Shown here: piece by piece, positions 54,955-62,951 of the stretch
Layout of the letters: each line of letters begins with the position of its first letter
Numbering within the stretch: position 1 is the stretch's first letter
Virus record (IMG/VR): IMGVR_UViG_3300021378_000019
Location: 4,182 to 68,181 of that record
From: a virus
Strand: one strand, 5' to 3'
Length of the DNA: 64,000 nucleotides
Position numbers and translations under genes: made by a program
Notes under the pieces: generated by a model
The model's database searches: none
What the model was told of the DNA's origin: nothing
What the model saw: the letters and a program-made list of their open reading frames with translations, nothing else

Positions 54955-55301
54955 CCGCTTTGTTTTGTTCTCACAAGAAAATCTTCGAGTTCCATCATAT
55001 CGTGATCCGAGTCTGCACCGTTGTACCAATACTCACGATACGGACGAGCTTGTTCCGCAATGATGGACAGACCAAACTGCTTCAGATCATCAAACTGCGA
55101 CGGATCAAAATCAGTCATCTCGCCAAAATGAATTCCATACTCGTCACCACCTTTATCGGTGTACGCCATAGTTCCTTCATAATTGAAATTCACAGAGCTT
55201 CCTTGATCATAAAGGATCTCACTCCATTCGTCTCTCTCTTCATCGGTTAACTTATGGTTCAAGGGAGCCATGATCCCTACGCTCATTACATTGCTGCTCA
55301 T
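54951..55301 (-). CDS. hypothetical acidic protein
   Basis: 116-aa ORF. Confidence 0.55.
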   Translation of the reverse strand: MSSNVMSVGIMAPLNHKLTDEERDEWSEILYDQGSSVNFNYEGTMAYTDKGGDEYGIHFGEMTDFDPSQFDDLKQFGLSIIAEQARPYREYWYNGADSDHDMMELEDFLVRTKQSG

Positions 55302-55462
55302 TCTTTTTCCTCATGTTTTACGAAATTGTGGTAATAATACAAGACTACGAACAACATTATTGATCCACCAATAATAAGACTCCATTGAGCTGTTGCTACG
55401 CCAATTCCTAACATAACACCCACGTTAAAAGCTAAGGTAATGACCGCGGCTGTTTGTGTCAT
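55298..55462 (-). CDS. unlisted small membrane peptide (54 aa)
   Basis: MTQTAAVITLAFNVGVMLGIGVATAQWSLIIGGSIMLFVVLYYYHNFVKHEEKE. ATGA overlaps at both ends. Fills a 157-bp gap. Confidence 0.4.
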   Translation of the reverse strand: MTQTAAVITLAFNVGVMLGIGVATAQWSLIIGGSIMLFVVLYYYHNFVKHEEKE

Positions 55463-55950
55463 TGGATCACCTCATTTGGAAATTGTTCTGTTGGCACAAA
55501 GACATATTCAGGAATATCAGGTTGTGTCCACGGAAACTCAATAGTCACTCGGCTTTCACGACCAGTATAACAGCGCTTATATGGTTTACCATCATCAATA
55601 TCAGGGGCTGAATACCATTCCCAGAACACTCGACCATCGATCCAGTATGGTCGACCATCTTCTCCCTTGAACACTGTGCTGTTACGTTTGTTCTGCCATA
55701 CATCAGTATCAACTTCCATCCACTCGTCATCTTCACCAGTCAGAGGAGCGATAGGTTTCCACATAGCAAGTTTCTCAAATAGAGCAACAGCATATGGTGC
55801 AGACATACCACTATGACCTTGTTCTGAGAACACTTTCAGTAGCTCGAGAGTTCCTTCTGCGAGCCAACGATTGGGCCCATCTTCTGGATCATTGATGTCA
55901 TATCCAGCCAGTTTAAGTTCGGCTTCCGCCCATTTCAACTTATTGCTCAT
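55459..55950 (-). CDS. hypothetical protein
   Basis: 163-aa ORF, Trp-rich. Confidence 0.6.
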   Translation of the reverse strand: MSNKLKWAEAELKLAGYDINDPEDGPNRWLAEGTLELLKVFSEQGHSGMSAPYAVALFEKLAMWKPIAPLTGEDDEWMEVDTDVWQNKRNSTVFKGEDGRPYWIDGRVFWEWYSAPDIDDGKPYKRCYTGRESRVTIEFPWTQPDIPEYVFVPTEQFPNEVIQ

Positions 55951-56315
55951 AGTGTAATTTTCTCCATAATTGTTTCAAGTTTTTTTAGCGAAGGACTTTC
56001 CCTATAATTCGATTCGTTACGCAATTCAAATTGCAGATCACGCAAGTCTCTATAAAACTCACCATACACATGTTCAAGTATGGCGTGTTTCATTTCATCT
56101 ACAGCGTATTCGATAACTTTACCGCCAGACGCTCTTAAAGCATCTTCACTTATCCACCGATTCGCACCGACAGTCACAACAATAGAATACTCTCTTGCAA
56201 AATTAACATTGTAAATATCATCTGGCTTAGCTCCATACGCAATCTTGTGAAGTGGCTCCTCAATATGTCTTCGATTGCCAGTAGCAACTGCTTTGATATT
56301 TTCAACTAGTTTCAT
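55947..56315 (-). CDS. hypothetical protein
   Basis: 122-aa ORF. Confidence 0.55.
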   Translation of the reverse strand: MKLVENIKAVATGNRRHIEEPLHKIAYGAKPDDIYNVNFAREYSIVVTVGANRWISEDALRASGGKVIEYAVDEMKHAILEHVYGEFYRDLRDLQFELRNESNYRESPSLKKLETIMEKITL

Positions 56316-56500
56316 TCGCTTTCCTTTATTAGGTTTTCAATTTCATGGCGACACCAATGAAAGTCTTCTGGTTCCGCATTATCAAGTAAGTCATGAGCCA
56401 TTCTAAGACCAGCAACATAAGCTTGTTGCATTAGGTCGATGGTATCGTCACCAAAGTCAACATCGTATTGATATGTTGCCAGCCATTGTTCCCAGTTCAT
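56312..56500 (-). CDS. hypothetical small protein
   Basis: 62-aa ORF. Confidence 0.5.
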   Translation of the reverse strand: MNWEQWLATYQYDVDFGDDTIDLMQQAYVAGLRMAHDLLDNAEPEDFHWCRHEIENLIKESE

Positions 56501-56781
56501 TCTGCTACATGTCCTCCGTTAGAATTCTTTTGATACTCAGCGTTACCGAGATTGATCAGTTTTTCGACATGGCGTGGCTCAAAGTTCCACGCTGGTTCAA
56601 CCATATTGATCAGGTTGTAACCGTGACGGTGAAAGCAACGGCCGTAGTAGAGAGCATAGCCATCTCCGTGCGGTTCAATAGTGTATCGTGCTTCGCAAGT
56701 ACATTCGCCAAAGGGATCACTCATAATGTGCCTCCATGCATTGAACCTTTGCTGCATCTGTTTCCATCTTAACACATACAT
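56497..56781 (-). CDS. hypothetical protein (Cys/His-containing)
   Basis: 94-aa ORF. Confidence 0.5.
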   Translation of the reverse strand: MYVLRWKQMQQRFNAWRHIMSDPFGECTCEARYTIEPHGDGYALYYGRCFHRHGYNLINMVEPAWNFEPRHVEKLINLGNAEYQKNSNGGHVAE

Positions 56782-56911
56782 CCCAAGGTGTCAACGCGAA
56801 AAATGTTTGCCAGAAAACATATAAAGCAAGAAGAACAGCTGCAGCAATCGCAATAAAAAACGCGTAGAATAGTCCTTGAAGTGCTACACCAAAATCAGCT
56901 CCACTAAACAT
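56717..56911 (-). CDS. small single-TM membrane protein, tentative
   Basis: LFYAFFIAIAAAVLLALYVFW. Start trimmed to internal Met. Overlaps 56497..56781 by 64 nt. Confidence 0.3.
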   Translation of the reverse strand: MFSGADFGVALQGLFYAFFIAIAAAVLLALYVFWQTFFALTPWDVCVKMETDAAKVQCMEAHYE

Positions 56912-57287
56912 TAAACCACTCCTTTGTGAATACGACGTTAGAAGGAAGCGGCGCACAGTTACGAATCAACTGAAAGATCTCAGTCTTATCGTATCCTGCC
57001 AGACCAGTTCCGATGGGAGTAAGTAGAAAGGTATCATCAGTATTCTCTCGTGCGTATTGAACAAATTCTCGTATGAACTTGCTGATACTTACTAGAGCGA
57101 GAACGTCCAATGCATGATCCTTCGTTGGGATGGCATATGCGTTACCAGTACGTCCAGCTCCAACACCGTACTCGGCCCCATAGTGTTGTTTAGCATATAG
57201 AGCAGCACCAGCACCGTGTCTTCCAGCACGATTAGAACCAAATACGAATACATTGGTCATTCTGTGTTCTCTTTGATCCAAACACAC
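56904..57287 (-). CDS. Gly-rich Rossmann-like protein, possibly SLOG/DprA-like
   Basis: VFVFGSNRAGRHGAGAALYA resembles the DprA G.ARG.D..AH.GAL motif. Second SLOG-like gene in the cluster. Confidence 0.45.
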   Translation of the reverse strand: MCLDQREHRMTNVFVFGSNRAGRHGAGAALYAKQHYGAEYGVGAGRTGNAYAIPTKDHALDVLALVSISKFIREFVQYARENTDDTFLLTPIGTGLAGYDKTEIFQLIRNCAPLPSNVVFTKEWFNV

Positions 57288-57481
57288 TCCATAATATCTT
57301 CAGGAGTATCATACATGCGCTTGCATTCCTCATATGTATGAAAATACATAGCAAACGCCCATCCAACAATCAGCCCAAAGGCAAGGGGTAAGCCTACGAT
57401 ACTACCTTTAATATACCCGTCACGAAACCCTTGCCAGAACTCCTTACTCATCTTCAACATCCTCGAACCAAAAGAATTCAC
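57257..57481 (-). CDS. small membrane protein
   Basis: SIVGLPLAFGLIVGWAFAMYF. Confidence 0.45.
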   Translation of the reverse strand: MNSFGSRMLKMSKEFWQGFRDGYIKGSIVGLPLAFGLIVGWAFAMYFHTYEECKRMYDTPEDIMECVWIKENTE

Positions 57482-57887
57482 CGTTCACGACCTTCATAGA
57501 AGCACGTGGGACGTTAATATTCCCAACCAACTTTACGTATGCGCGGCCACCATCGATAGCAACGTCACCAACGCTATGGAAGTCATGACGATGCTGGCTG
57601 TAGTGCCACTGACCGTTTACTTTGATCATGTCAAATGTAAGGTCCTCGATCTTATCTGCGTTAGTGATCATTACTGTGCCATCAGCCGCAAAATGTTGAT
57701 TACGATACAACCCAAAGTAACGGTTACCAAACTCAGGATGAGGGGTCTCACGATAAAAAACGTCCATCGCCTGAGCTTCACCGCCAAGAGCTGTGGTGCA
57801 CACGTATGTTACAGGAACACCATCCTTTGCTGAATAGAGTTCGCATACTCTTTTTGTGTCAAAGAGCGGTCTGTGATTAATGTTCAT
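57444..57887 (-). CDS. hypothetical protein
   Basis: Start set at MNINHRPLF (AAGGAG RBS), downstream of the P12 -10. Confidence 0.55.
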   Translation of the reverse strand: MNINHRPLFDTKRVCELYSAKDGVPVTYVCTTALGGEAQAMDVFYRETPHPEFGNRYFGLYRNQHFAADGTVMITNADKIEDLTFDMIKVNGQWHYSQHRHDFHSVGDVAIDGGRAYVKLVGNINVPRASMKVVNGEFFWFEDVEDE

Positions 57888-57908
57888 AATGATTCTCCTT
57901 ATGAGACA

Positions 57909-57937
57909 ATTATATAATAGGTAGAAGAAAATGTCAA
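57909..57937 (-). promoter_or_regulatory. sigma70-like promoter P12 with perfect TTGACA-N17-TATAAT
   Basis: GTTGACATTTTCTTCTACCTATTATATAAT on the minus strand. The -35 overlaps the rnlA stop. Confidence 0.65.
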
Positions 57938-59073
57938 CACATTCCCATCCATTTTGCGCAAACATCCCACTTAGTGTTAGAACTAATGTTCTTGCGAACG
58001 TGGTCTAACAGCAAGTCACGAATGTTGCTACCATCAAGCATACGGAAGATGAAAGCAGCGTCTTCTTTGTTTTGCAAAGTAGGCACCATCTCTAGAGCAA
58101 TACGCTTACGGTCGTTGCCGTAGTCATTCTTTGCCTCAAGATACAACAGCATAAGAGCGTCTTCAGTGCTCTTGAAAGCGTCCCAGAAACGAGTTTCAAA
58201 GTTGCGAACACGGTTAGCTTGAACAACAGGCAACATCGGTATAACATCGTCAACTTCTTCATTAATGATCAAGTTTACAATGTTACGGTCAAACACAATA
58301 CGATCAATCGTCTTATGGATACGCACATACCAATCGTTCTTGACTTTTAGCATATGACCATCCGCAAAACGAATGATATCGCCTTCACGACCTTCTTTGC
58401 CACGCTGACGGTCGATGTATTCGAGAATGTTTCCGTCCATCGAACCGTAAGTAGTAACAGTGTTAAACGGACAAGTGTCAGGCATATGATACTCGCCAGT
58501 TTCGTTATCACGCATCGCAAGAAGCACAAGGTCAGCTTCTTCATATGCTAACACAATCTGGTTAAACGGGCTTACCCACTCAAAGATAGGAGTAACACCA
58601 GTACCTATACACCAACGCAACCACTGCTTCAAATGCTCAGTGTGAGTGTGCTTTGCTAGCCATTCTTCTGCCTGCATCGCAACGTTAGTCACACCCATTT
58701 TCGTAGCAAGACGCAAGTAACCATCGATAAGGATAGGACGAATCATCGAACCATCCATCTTTTCCATGATTACGTGAGGCTGCGACATATCAATCTCGTG
58801 AGTCTGAGTCTCAGCACGTTCGTTCACATTGAAGAACTTGTGGAACGGGCGGCTCATAAGGTTGCCATCACGATCAAAGATCAATCCACGGCACTCACGG
58901 CGCATAGCACCACTAATGTCGTCAGGACCAGTCATCTCAAACGTATCAGCCATTGCCACAACATAGTTGATAACAGTATAGCCTTCACGTTCTGCTACGA
59001 TGAACTCTTCACGACCTTCAATATGCGGAAGGACGTCAGAGATAGTGCGGATTTCAGGGAAAGTGTATTGCAT
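57934..59073 (-). CDS. rnlA: RNA ligase 1 (Rnl1 family)
   Basis: RECRGLIF, HKFFNVNE, EKMDGS (ligase KxDG), RDNETGEY and KVKNDWYV align to T4 RnlA LECRGIMF, EKFFNLNE, KEDGS, RENETGEY, KIKSDWYV. Confidence 0.85.
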   Translation of the reverse strand: MQYTFPEIRTISDVLPHIEGREEFIVAEREGYTVINYVVAMADTFEMTGPDDISGAMRRECRGLIFDRDGNLMSRPFHKFFNVNERAETQTHEIDMSQPHVIMEKMDGSMIRPILIDGYLRLATKMGVTNVAMQAEEWLAKHTHTEHLKQWLRWCIGTGVTPIFEWVSPFNQIVLAYEEADLVLLAMRDNETGEYHMPDTCPFNTVTTYGSMDGNILEYIDRQRGKEGREGDIIRFADGHMLKVKNDWYVRIHKTIDRIVFDRNIVNLIINEEVDDVIPMLPVVQANRVRNFETRFWDAFKSTEDALMLLYLEAKNDYGNDRKRIALEMVPTLQNKEDAAFIFRMLDGSNIRDLLLDHVRKNISSNTKWDVCAKWMGMC

Positions 59074-59098
59074 GTTAGATTCCTTACCTTATAGAATC

Positions 59099-59127
59099 AG
59101 TATAAACCATTTCATAACAAATGTCAA
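59099..59127 (-). promoter_or_regulatory. sigma70-like promoter P13, conserved family (TTGACA-N17-TATACT)
   Basis: GTTGACATTTGTTATGAAATGGTTTATACTGATTCTATAAGG on the minus strand. Confidence 0.6.
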
Positions 59128-59324
59128 CTAAATTTTACTCGAACAACCTCTTTTTGAGGATTAAACATAGTGTGCACAGTACCTTTAGTGTTAAAGCTAG
59201 TCCTTGTCTTCCACCACGCTTCAGCTTCTTCCTGAGTATCTACAAAGACTGCACTCCATTCCAGTTCACCAGAAGGATTCTCTTTGTTTGGTTTATTCAT
59301 CTGAGCTCTTACTTCCCACATCAC
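59124..59324 (-). CDS. hypothetical small protein
   Basis: 66-aa ORF. Confidence 0.5.
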   Translation of the reverse strand: MMWEVRAQMNKPNKENPSGELEWSAVFVDTQEEAEAWWKTRTSFNTKGTVHTMFNPQKEVVRVKFS

Positions 59325-59842
59325 GCATATTCCTTTATGAGGTTAGCCACATATTCATCAGACGCGTCGCCAAGGTCGCCACTCTCTACTACATGTGAAA
59401 GATGACCATGCTTAGCAAGCCTAAGGCCAGCAGCATCGTTGTCACATATAGAAACGACAGGCCTATGCTTTTTAACAGCGAATATCCACTTTCTCGTAGA
59501 AGCGTCAATATCGTTAGAAAGAAGAGCGACAGCACTAAAGCCGCTAGAAGTAAGTCTGCATGCATCGAATGTTCCTTCAGTTACAAATAGTGTATTCGAC
59601 AGATTCCAAGATTCAAGACCCCACACACCAACTACTTTGTTCTTACGATACGTAAAGTATCGGCTCATCTTAGGATGGTTGTCTTTCTTCTTAGTAGCTG
59701 ATGGTCTATATTGCTGATAACCAACAAGTTGACCAGAGAGGTTCCACAAAGGAAAAGTTGCAACACCTTCGTCCTCATCTACCCAAGCGGTATGAAGATT
59801 CATATCGAAGTAACGAGAACGAAGGTTTTGCAGTACAGTCAT
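59321..59842 (-). CDS. DnaG-type primase core/Toprim domain protein lacking a zinc-binding domain
   Basis: FPLWNLSGQLVGYQQYRP (primase core motif), LFVTEGTFDACRL (Toprim E) and VSICDNDAAGL (Toprim DxD). Confidence 0.55.
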   Translation of the reverse strand: MTVLQNLRSRYFDMNLHTAWVDEDEGVATFPLWNLSGQLVGYQQYRPSATKKKDNHPKMSRYFTYRKNKVVGVWGLESWNLSNTLFVTEGTFDACRLTSSGFSAVALLSNDIDASTRKWIFAVKKHRPVVSICDNDAAGLRLAKHGHLSHVVESGDLGDASDEYVANLIKEYA

Positions 59843-59843
59843 A

Positions 59844-60230
59844 TTAGACCTCTTTAAACTTTTCTTTCAAGCGCAAGTACTCATCATACTCAGCATCTTT
59901 CTTCAACTTACGAGCTTCGGCCGCAGCCTTACGCTTAGCAGCAGCGGCTTCTTTCATCTTAACTTCAGCGTCTTCACGCTTAGCTTTTTCTTTTTCGTTC
60001 TCTACGCGATCGAAGTCGTAAGTAACTTTCAATTCATAGTCGTCACCATAATAGCCACGCTCTAAATCAAAATCAAATCGACCTTCACCGACCATACCTT
60101 TGGCACGAGCTTTCTCAACGATCAAGTCGATGTTAGCTTTCAACTCGTCAGCGGTTCCATCAAACTCATAACGATTTACTTCCATAGTTTCACGAACTAC
60201 GTAGATACCATTTTCTTTACGAGCAGTCAT
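59844..60230 (-). CDS. hypothetical protein with Lys/Ala/Glu-rich C-terminal helix
   Basis: Start set at the second Met (AGGAAG RBS), downstream of P14. Confidence 0.55.
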   Translation of the reverse strand: MTARKENGIYVVRETMEVNRYEFDGTADELKANIDLIVEKARAKGMVGEGRFDFDLERGYYGDDYELKVTYDFDRVENEKEKAKREDAEVKMKEAAAAKRKAAAEARKLKKDAEYDEYLRLKEKFKEV

Positions 60231-60258
60231 TTTACTTCCTTTCATTCCTTATAGAATC

Positions 60259-60287
60259 AGTATAAACCGTTTCAAAACGAATGTCAA
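60259..60287 (-). promoter_or_regulatory. sigma70-like promoter P14, conserved family (TTGACA-N17-TATACT)
   Basis: GGTTGACATTCGTTTTGAAACGGTTTATACTGATTCTATAAGG on the minus strand. Confidence 0.6.
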
Positions 60288-60296
60288 CCTTATTTG

Positions 60297-60515
60297 TTAT
60301 GAACGAACAACTTTATTTCGTTCTGCTCGAGTATCTCCGCGGTTCAAAAACCATGGGTCTTCATTAAGTTTTGAAGCAATATAATCGCCTTGTTCTTTTG
60401 TGGTGCAGCTCGTTACTACATCACCCTTGCTACCACCAGTCTTTACGCGCCAAAAAGTTTTTCCGTACGTATTTTTTTCTTCATAAACTCTGAAGTCTTG
60501 ACGAATTTTAGACAT
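60297..60515 (-). CDS. hypothetical small protein
   Basis: 72-aa ORF with AGGAAAC RBS. Confidence 0.55.
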   Translation of the reverse strand: MSKIRQDFRVYEEKNTYGKTFWRVKTGGSKGDVVTSCTTKEQGDYIASKLNEDPWFLNRGDTRAERNKVVRS

Positions 60516-60541
60516 TTTGTTTCCTTTATTGCTATATGTAT

Positions 60542-60570
60542 AGTATATACTGATTCTTAAGAAATGTCAA
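60542..60570 (-). promoter_or_regulatory. sigma70-like promoter P15 (TTGACA-N17-TATACT)
   Basis: ATTGACATTTCTTAAGAATCAGTATATACT on the minus strand. Confidence 0.6.
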
Positions 60571-60571
60571 T

Positions 60572-60608
60572 AGAAAGGTAACCGAAGCCACCTTTCTCTA
60601 ATTTTTTT
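60572..60608 (+). terminator. hairpin plus T7 tract oriented as a + strand intrinsic terminator (possibly bidirectional) at the end of the SPFH operon
   Basis: AGAAAGGT-aaccgaagcc-ACCTTTCT then CTAATTTTTTT on the + strand. Only minus-strand genes are nearby. Confidence 0.4.
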
Positions 60609-60614
60609 CTAGGA

Positions 60615-62018
60615 TCACTTAGTGATAGTTGGGTCAACCTGAAGATCACGCGCAGTTTTAACCATCATCATTTGCATGAATTGATCTACAGTACCAAGAG
60701 CGTTACCAGCTACACCTTCTGAACCACCGTTGTTAAATACCGTGGATGGTACATTGATCTTACTTGCAGCATCAGCCCATACACTCTGTGCTTTAACCCA
60801 AGCATCAAGCTTTTGTTGAAGAGCACCGTCAGCTGTAAGGATAGCTTCCTTAGCGTAGGCTTCAGCATCAGCAGCAACTGTAACGCTTTCAGCATCAATT
60901 CGTGCTCGTTCAAGATTAATTCCAGCGGTTTCTTGTGCAATACGTGCTTCTTCACGAACGCGTTCTGCAGCAATCAGAGCCAGTTTCTTTTGTGTTTCTG
61001 CTTCAGTAGTTTGCTGGATTTGTTCCACCTGAGCCGCAGCTTGACGACGAGCAATGTTAGTATCACCCTCTTGGATAGCAAGTAGACGCTGTTCTTCCTG
61101 TTCTAGACGCTGTTCACGGGCAACAACACGACGGCTCGCAGCACTTTTACGTTCACCAATCTGACGTTCATATTCATCATCAGGATCAACGTTTTCAAGG
61201 ATAGCACTTGCTACAGTAACGCCATAATCCATGAAGGCGTGAGGAATACGCATATCGTTGCCAGCAGCATCAGTAAGTTTTTCGATTACGACACTACGAA
61301 CATCTGTATCACCAACTTCAGCAGTGTTTGCAGTTACATCGCTATTGCTTGCAGCAGCGCGGCTTGGAACGATACCTCCAGCTTGATTGAGTCGTACTTG
61401 ACGAACTTGGGCACGACCCTGTTCTACAGCATTTGCAAATTCGCTCTTAAATGTATCACGCTTACCACCGGCGTAGTATTCTTCCATAGTAAACATGTTA
61501 GCTACAGAGTCAATACTTGCGGTTACTGCAGGCTTAAGAGTGGTATTGATTAGACGTTCTGGGCTACGAAAGTCTCGTGCCATTTTGATGAATTGAGCTT
61601 CATCTTGTGGAATGCCAAAACGAGTGGTTTGTGTTACGTCACCAGTCCAGTTATCGGCAAGACGTACTCGATACGGAACCATGATAGAACCTTGAAATGC
61701 AGTTGAAGAACTTTCTCCTGTTGCATCAATAGTATTTGCTACAGTGATATAGTGTGGCCACTGAGTGCTAGTGCCCCAACCAGCAAAATACCAGCCAGTT
61801 TCACAAGTAGAGGTTTCATTACCAAAGATGGTACGAACGTGCTGACAATAACCAGCGTCATTGTATCCAACAGCTCCAAGACCAGCGAAGAGTAGACCAA
61901 CTACAAAAGCTGCAGTAGATCCAATTGTTCGAACAATTTTGATTTCCTGAGGAAACGGAATCATTCGAAGTACGACAGCACCTACAACAATCAGGATACC
62001 AAAGATAAGACCAGCCAT
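60615..62018 (-). CDS. SPFH/band-7 (HflK/C-, stomatin-like) membrane protein with long C-terminal coiled coil
   Basis: Two N-terminal hydrophobic helices, then an SPFH-like core, then a QEEQRLLAIQEGDTNIARRQAAAQVEQIQQ...REEARIAQETAGINLERARIDAE coiled coil typical of HflK/C. Confidence 0.7.
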   Translation of the reverse strand: MAGLIFGILIVVGAVVLRMIPFPQEIKIVRTIGSTAAFVVGLLFAGLGAVGYNDAGYCQHVRTIFGNETSTCETGWYFAGWGTSTQWPHYITVANTIDATGESSSTAFQGSIMVPYRVRLADNWTGDVTQTTRFGIPQDEAQFIKMARDFRSPERLINTTLKPAVTASIDSVANMFTMEEYYAGGKRDTFKSEFANAVEQGRAQVRQVRLNQAGGIVPSRAAASNSDVTANTAEVGDTDVRSVVIEKLTDAAGNDMRIPHAFMDYGVTVASAILENVDPDDEYERQIGERKSAASRRVVAREQRLEQEEQRLLAIQEGDTNIARRQAAAQVEQIQQTTEAETQKKLALIAAERVREEARIAQETAGINLERARIDAESVTVAADAEAYAKEAILTADGALQQKLDAWVKAQSVWADAASKINVPSTVFNNGGSEGVAGNALGTVDQFMQMMMVKTARDLQVDPTITK

Positions 62019-62033
62019 TATATAAATCTCCTA

Positions 62034-62564
62034 TTATTGTTTGTTGACGTAGTCGAGTTCGATCGGGCTAACGATGATTTCCGGTTCGATATAAACCGCT
62101 TTCACATCATCATTTTCACCATCAACACACATCACGTATGTTGCAGCAAGACCCTCGGGCATAAACAGACCGTTCGGTTCTGCTTGAGGCATAACACCTT
62201 CACCCGTGTATTGGCCTAGGTCCATAGGAACCTGCTTTTCTGGGTTGCTATATTGGATAGAAGCGTTGATACCGTAGCCGACACTATCACAGATCTTGAT
62301 CAATTGACCATTCATAGTAACGATGTAAGTGTAAGTGCGATAGTTTGGCTGATCGCGAAGTTCATACAGCCACTTCACCATACGCTTCTCAGTGAAGTTC
62401 GTAATCGCTGGAAGACCAGTTTGGCGTTCACCTTCTTTAAGCAACTTTTCCATTTGTTGAGCAGTGCTTTCATCCGAGCTCGGAGCTGGAGCAGTACCCC
62501 AGAAAGCCATAGCAGGAGTAGCAAGACCAAGTGCTACAACGGTTGTGAGTAGAATCTTTTTCAT
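62034..62564 (-). CDS. secreted/periplasmic protein with cleavable signal peptide
   Basis: MKKILLTTVVALGLATPAMA-FW. No lipobox Cys. Confidence 0.6.
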   Translation of the reverse strand: MKKILLTTVVALGLATPAMAFWGTAPAPSSDESTAQQMEKLLKEGERQTGLPAITNFTEKRMVKWLYELRDQPNYRTYTYIVTMNGQLIKICDSVGYGINASIQYSNPEKQVPMDLGQYTGEGVMPQAEPNGLFMPEGLAATYVMCVDGENDDVKAVYIEPEIIVSPIELDYVNKQ

Positions 62565-62565
62565 A

Positions 62566-62886
62566 TTATCGTGCTCCGACTTGAGTTAGGAATGTTTGAA
62601 GGTATGCTGGATAGTCAGTAGTATCTACAGCAGCAAAGATGTCACGTGTTGCATTTGCAATACCCATCTTACCAGCATTGTCTGCTTTTTGATATTCGAG
62701 ATACAAGTTATTCAACTGAGTGCGCATACCGTCTGTATATGCTTGTGACTCTTTAAGAACATTTGTTCGTTGTGCTTCACGTGCAGCATTGAAGAAGCCA
62801 TTCACATAGATGCCTCCCCAGGTAAGCAAACCGAGGCCTACTACTGCCGCAACAGCAATTCCAGTAATTTTTAGTCCGTCGTTCAT
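62566..62886 (-). CDS. N-terminally membrane-anchored protein
   Basis: Start set at MNDGLK (AAAGGA RBS). ITGIAVAAVVGLGLLTWGGIYV is a TM anchor. Confidence 0.55.
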   Translation of the reverse strand: MNDGLKITGIAVAAVVGLGLLTWGGIYVNGFFNAAREAQRTNVLKESQAYTDGMRTQLNNLYLEYQKADNAGKMGIANATRDIFAAVDTTDYPAYLQTFLTQVGAR

Positions 62887-62920
62887 GATATAATCCTTTC
62901 TGATTCTTTTCATATAGTTT

Positions 62921-62948
62921 ATTATATACAATTATCGTAGTTTGTAAA
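62921..62948 (-). promoter_or_regulatory. sigma70-like promoter P17 (TTTACA-N16-TATAAT) for the 3-gene membrane operon
   Basis: CTGTTTACAAACTACGATAATTGTATATAAT on the minus strand. Confidence 0.55.
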
Positions 62949-62951
62949 CAG

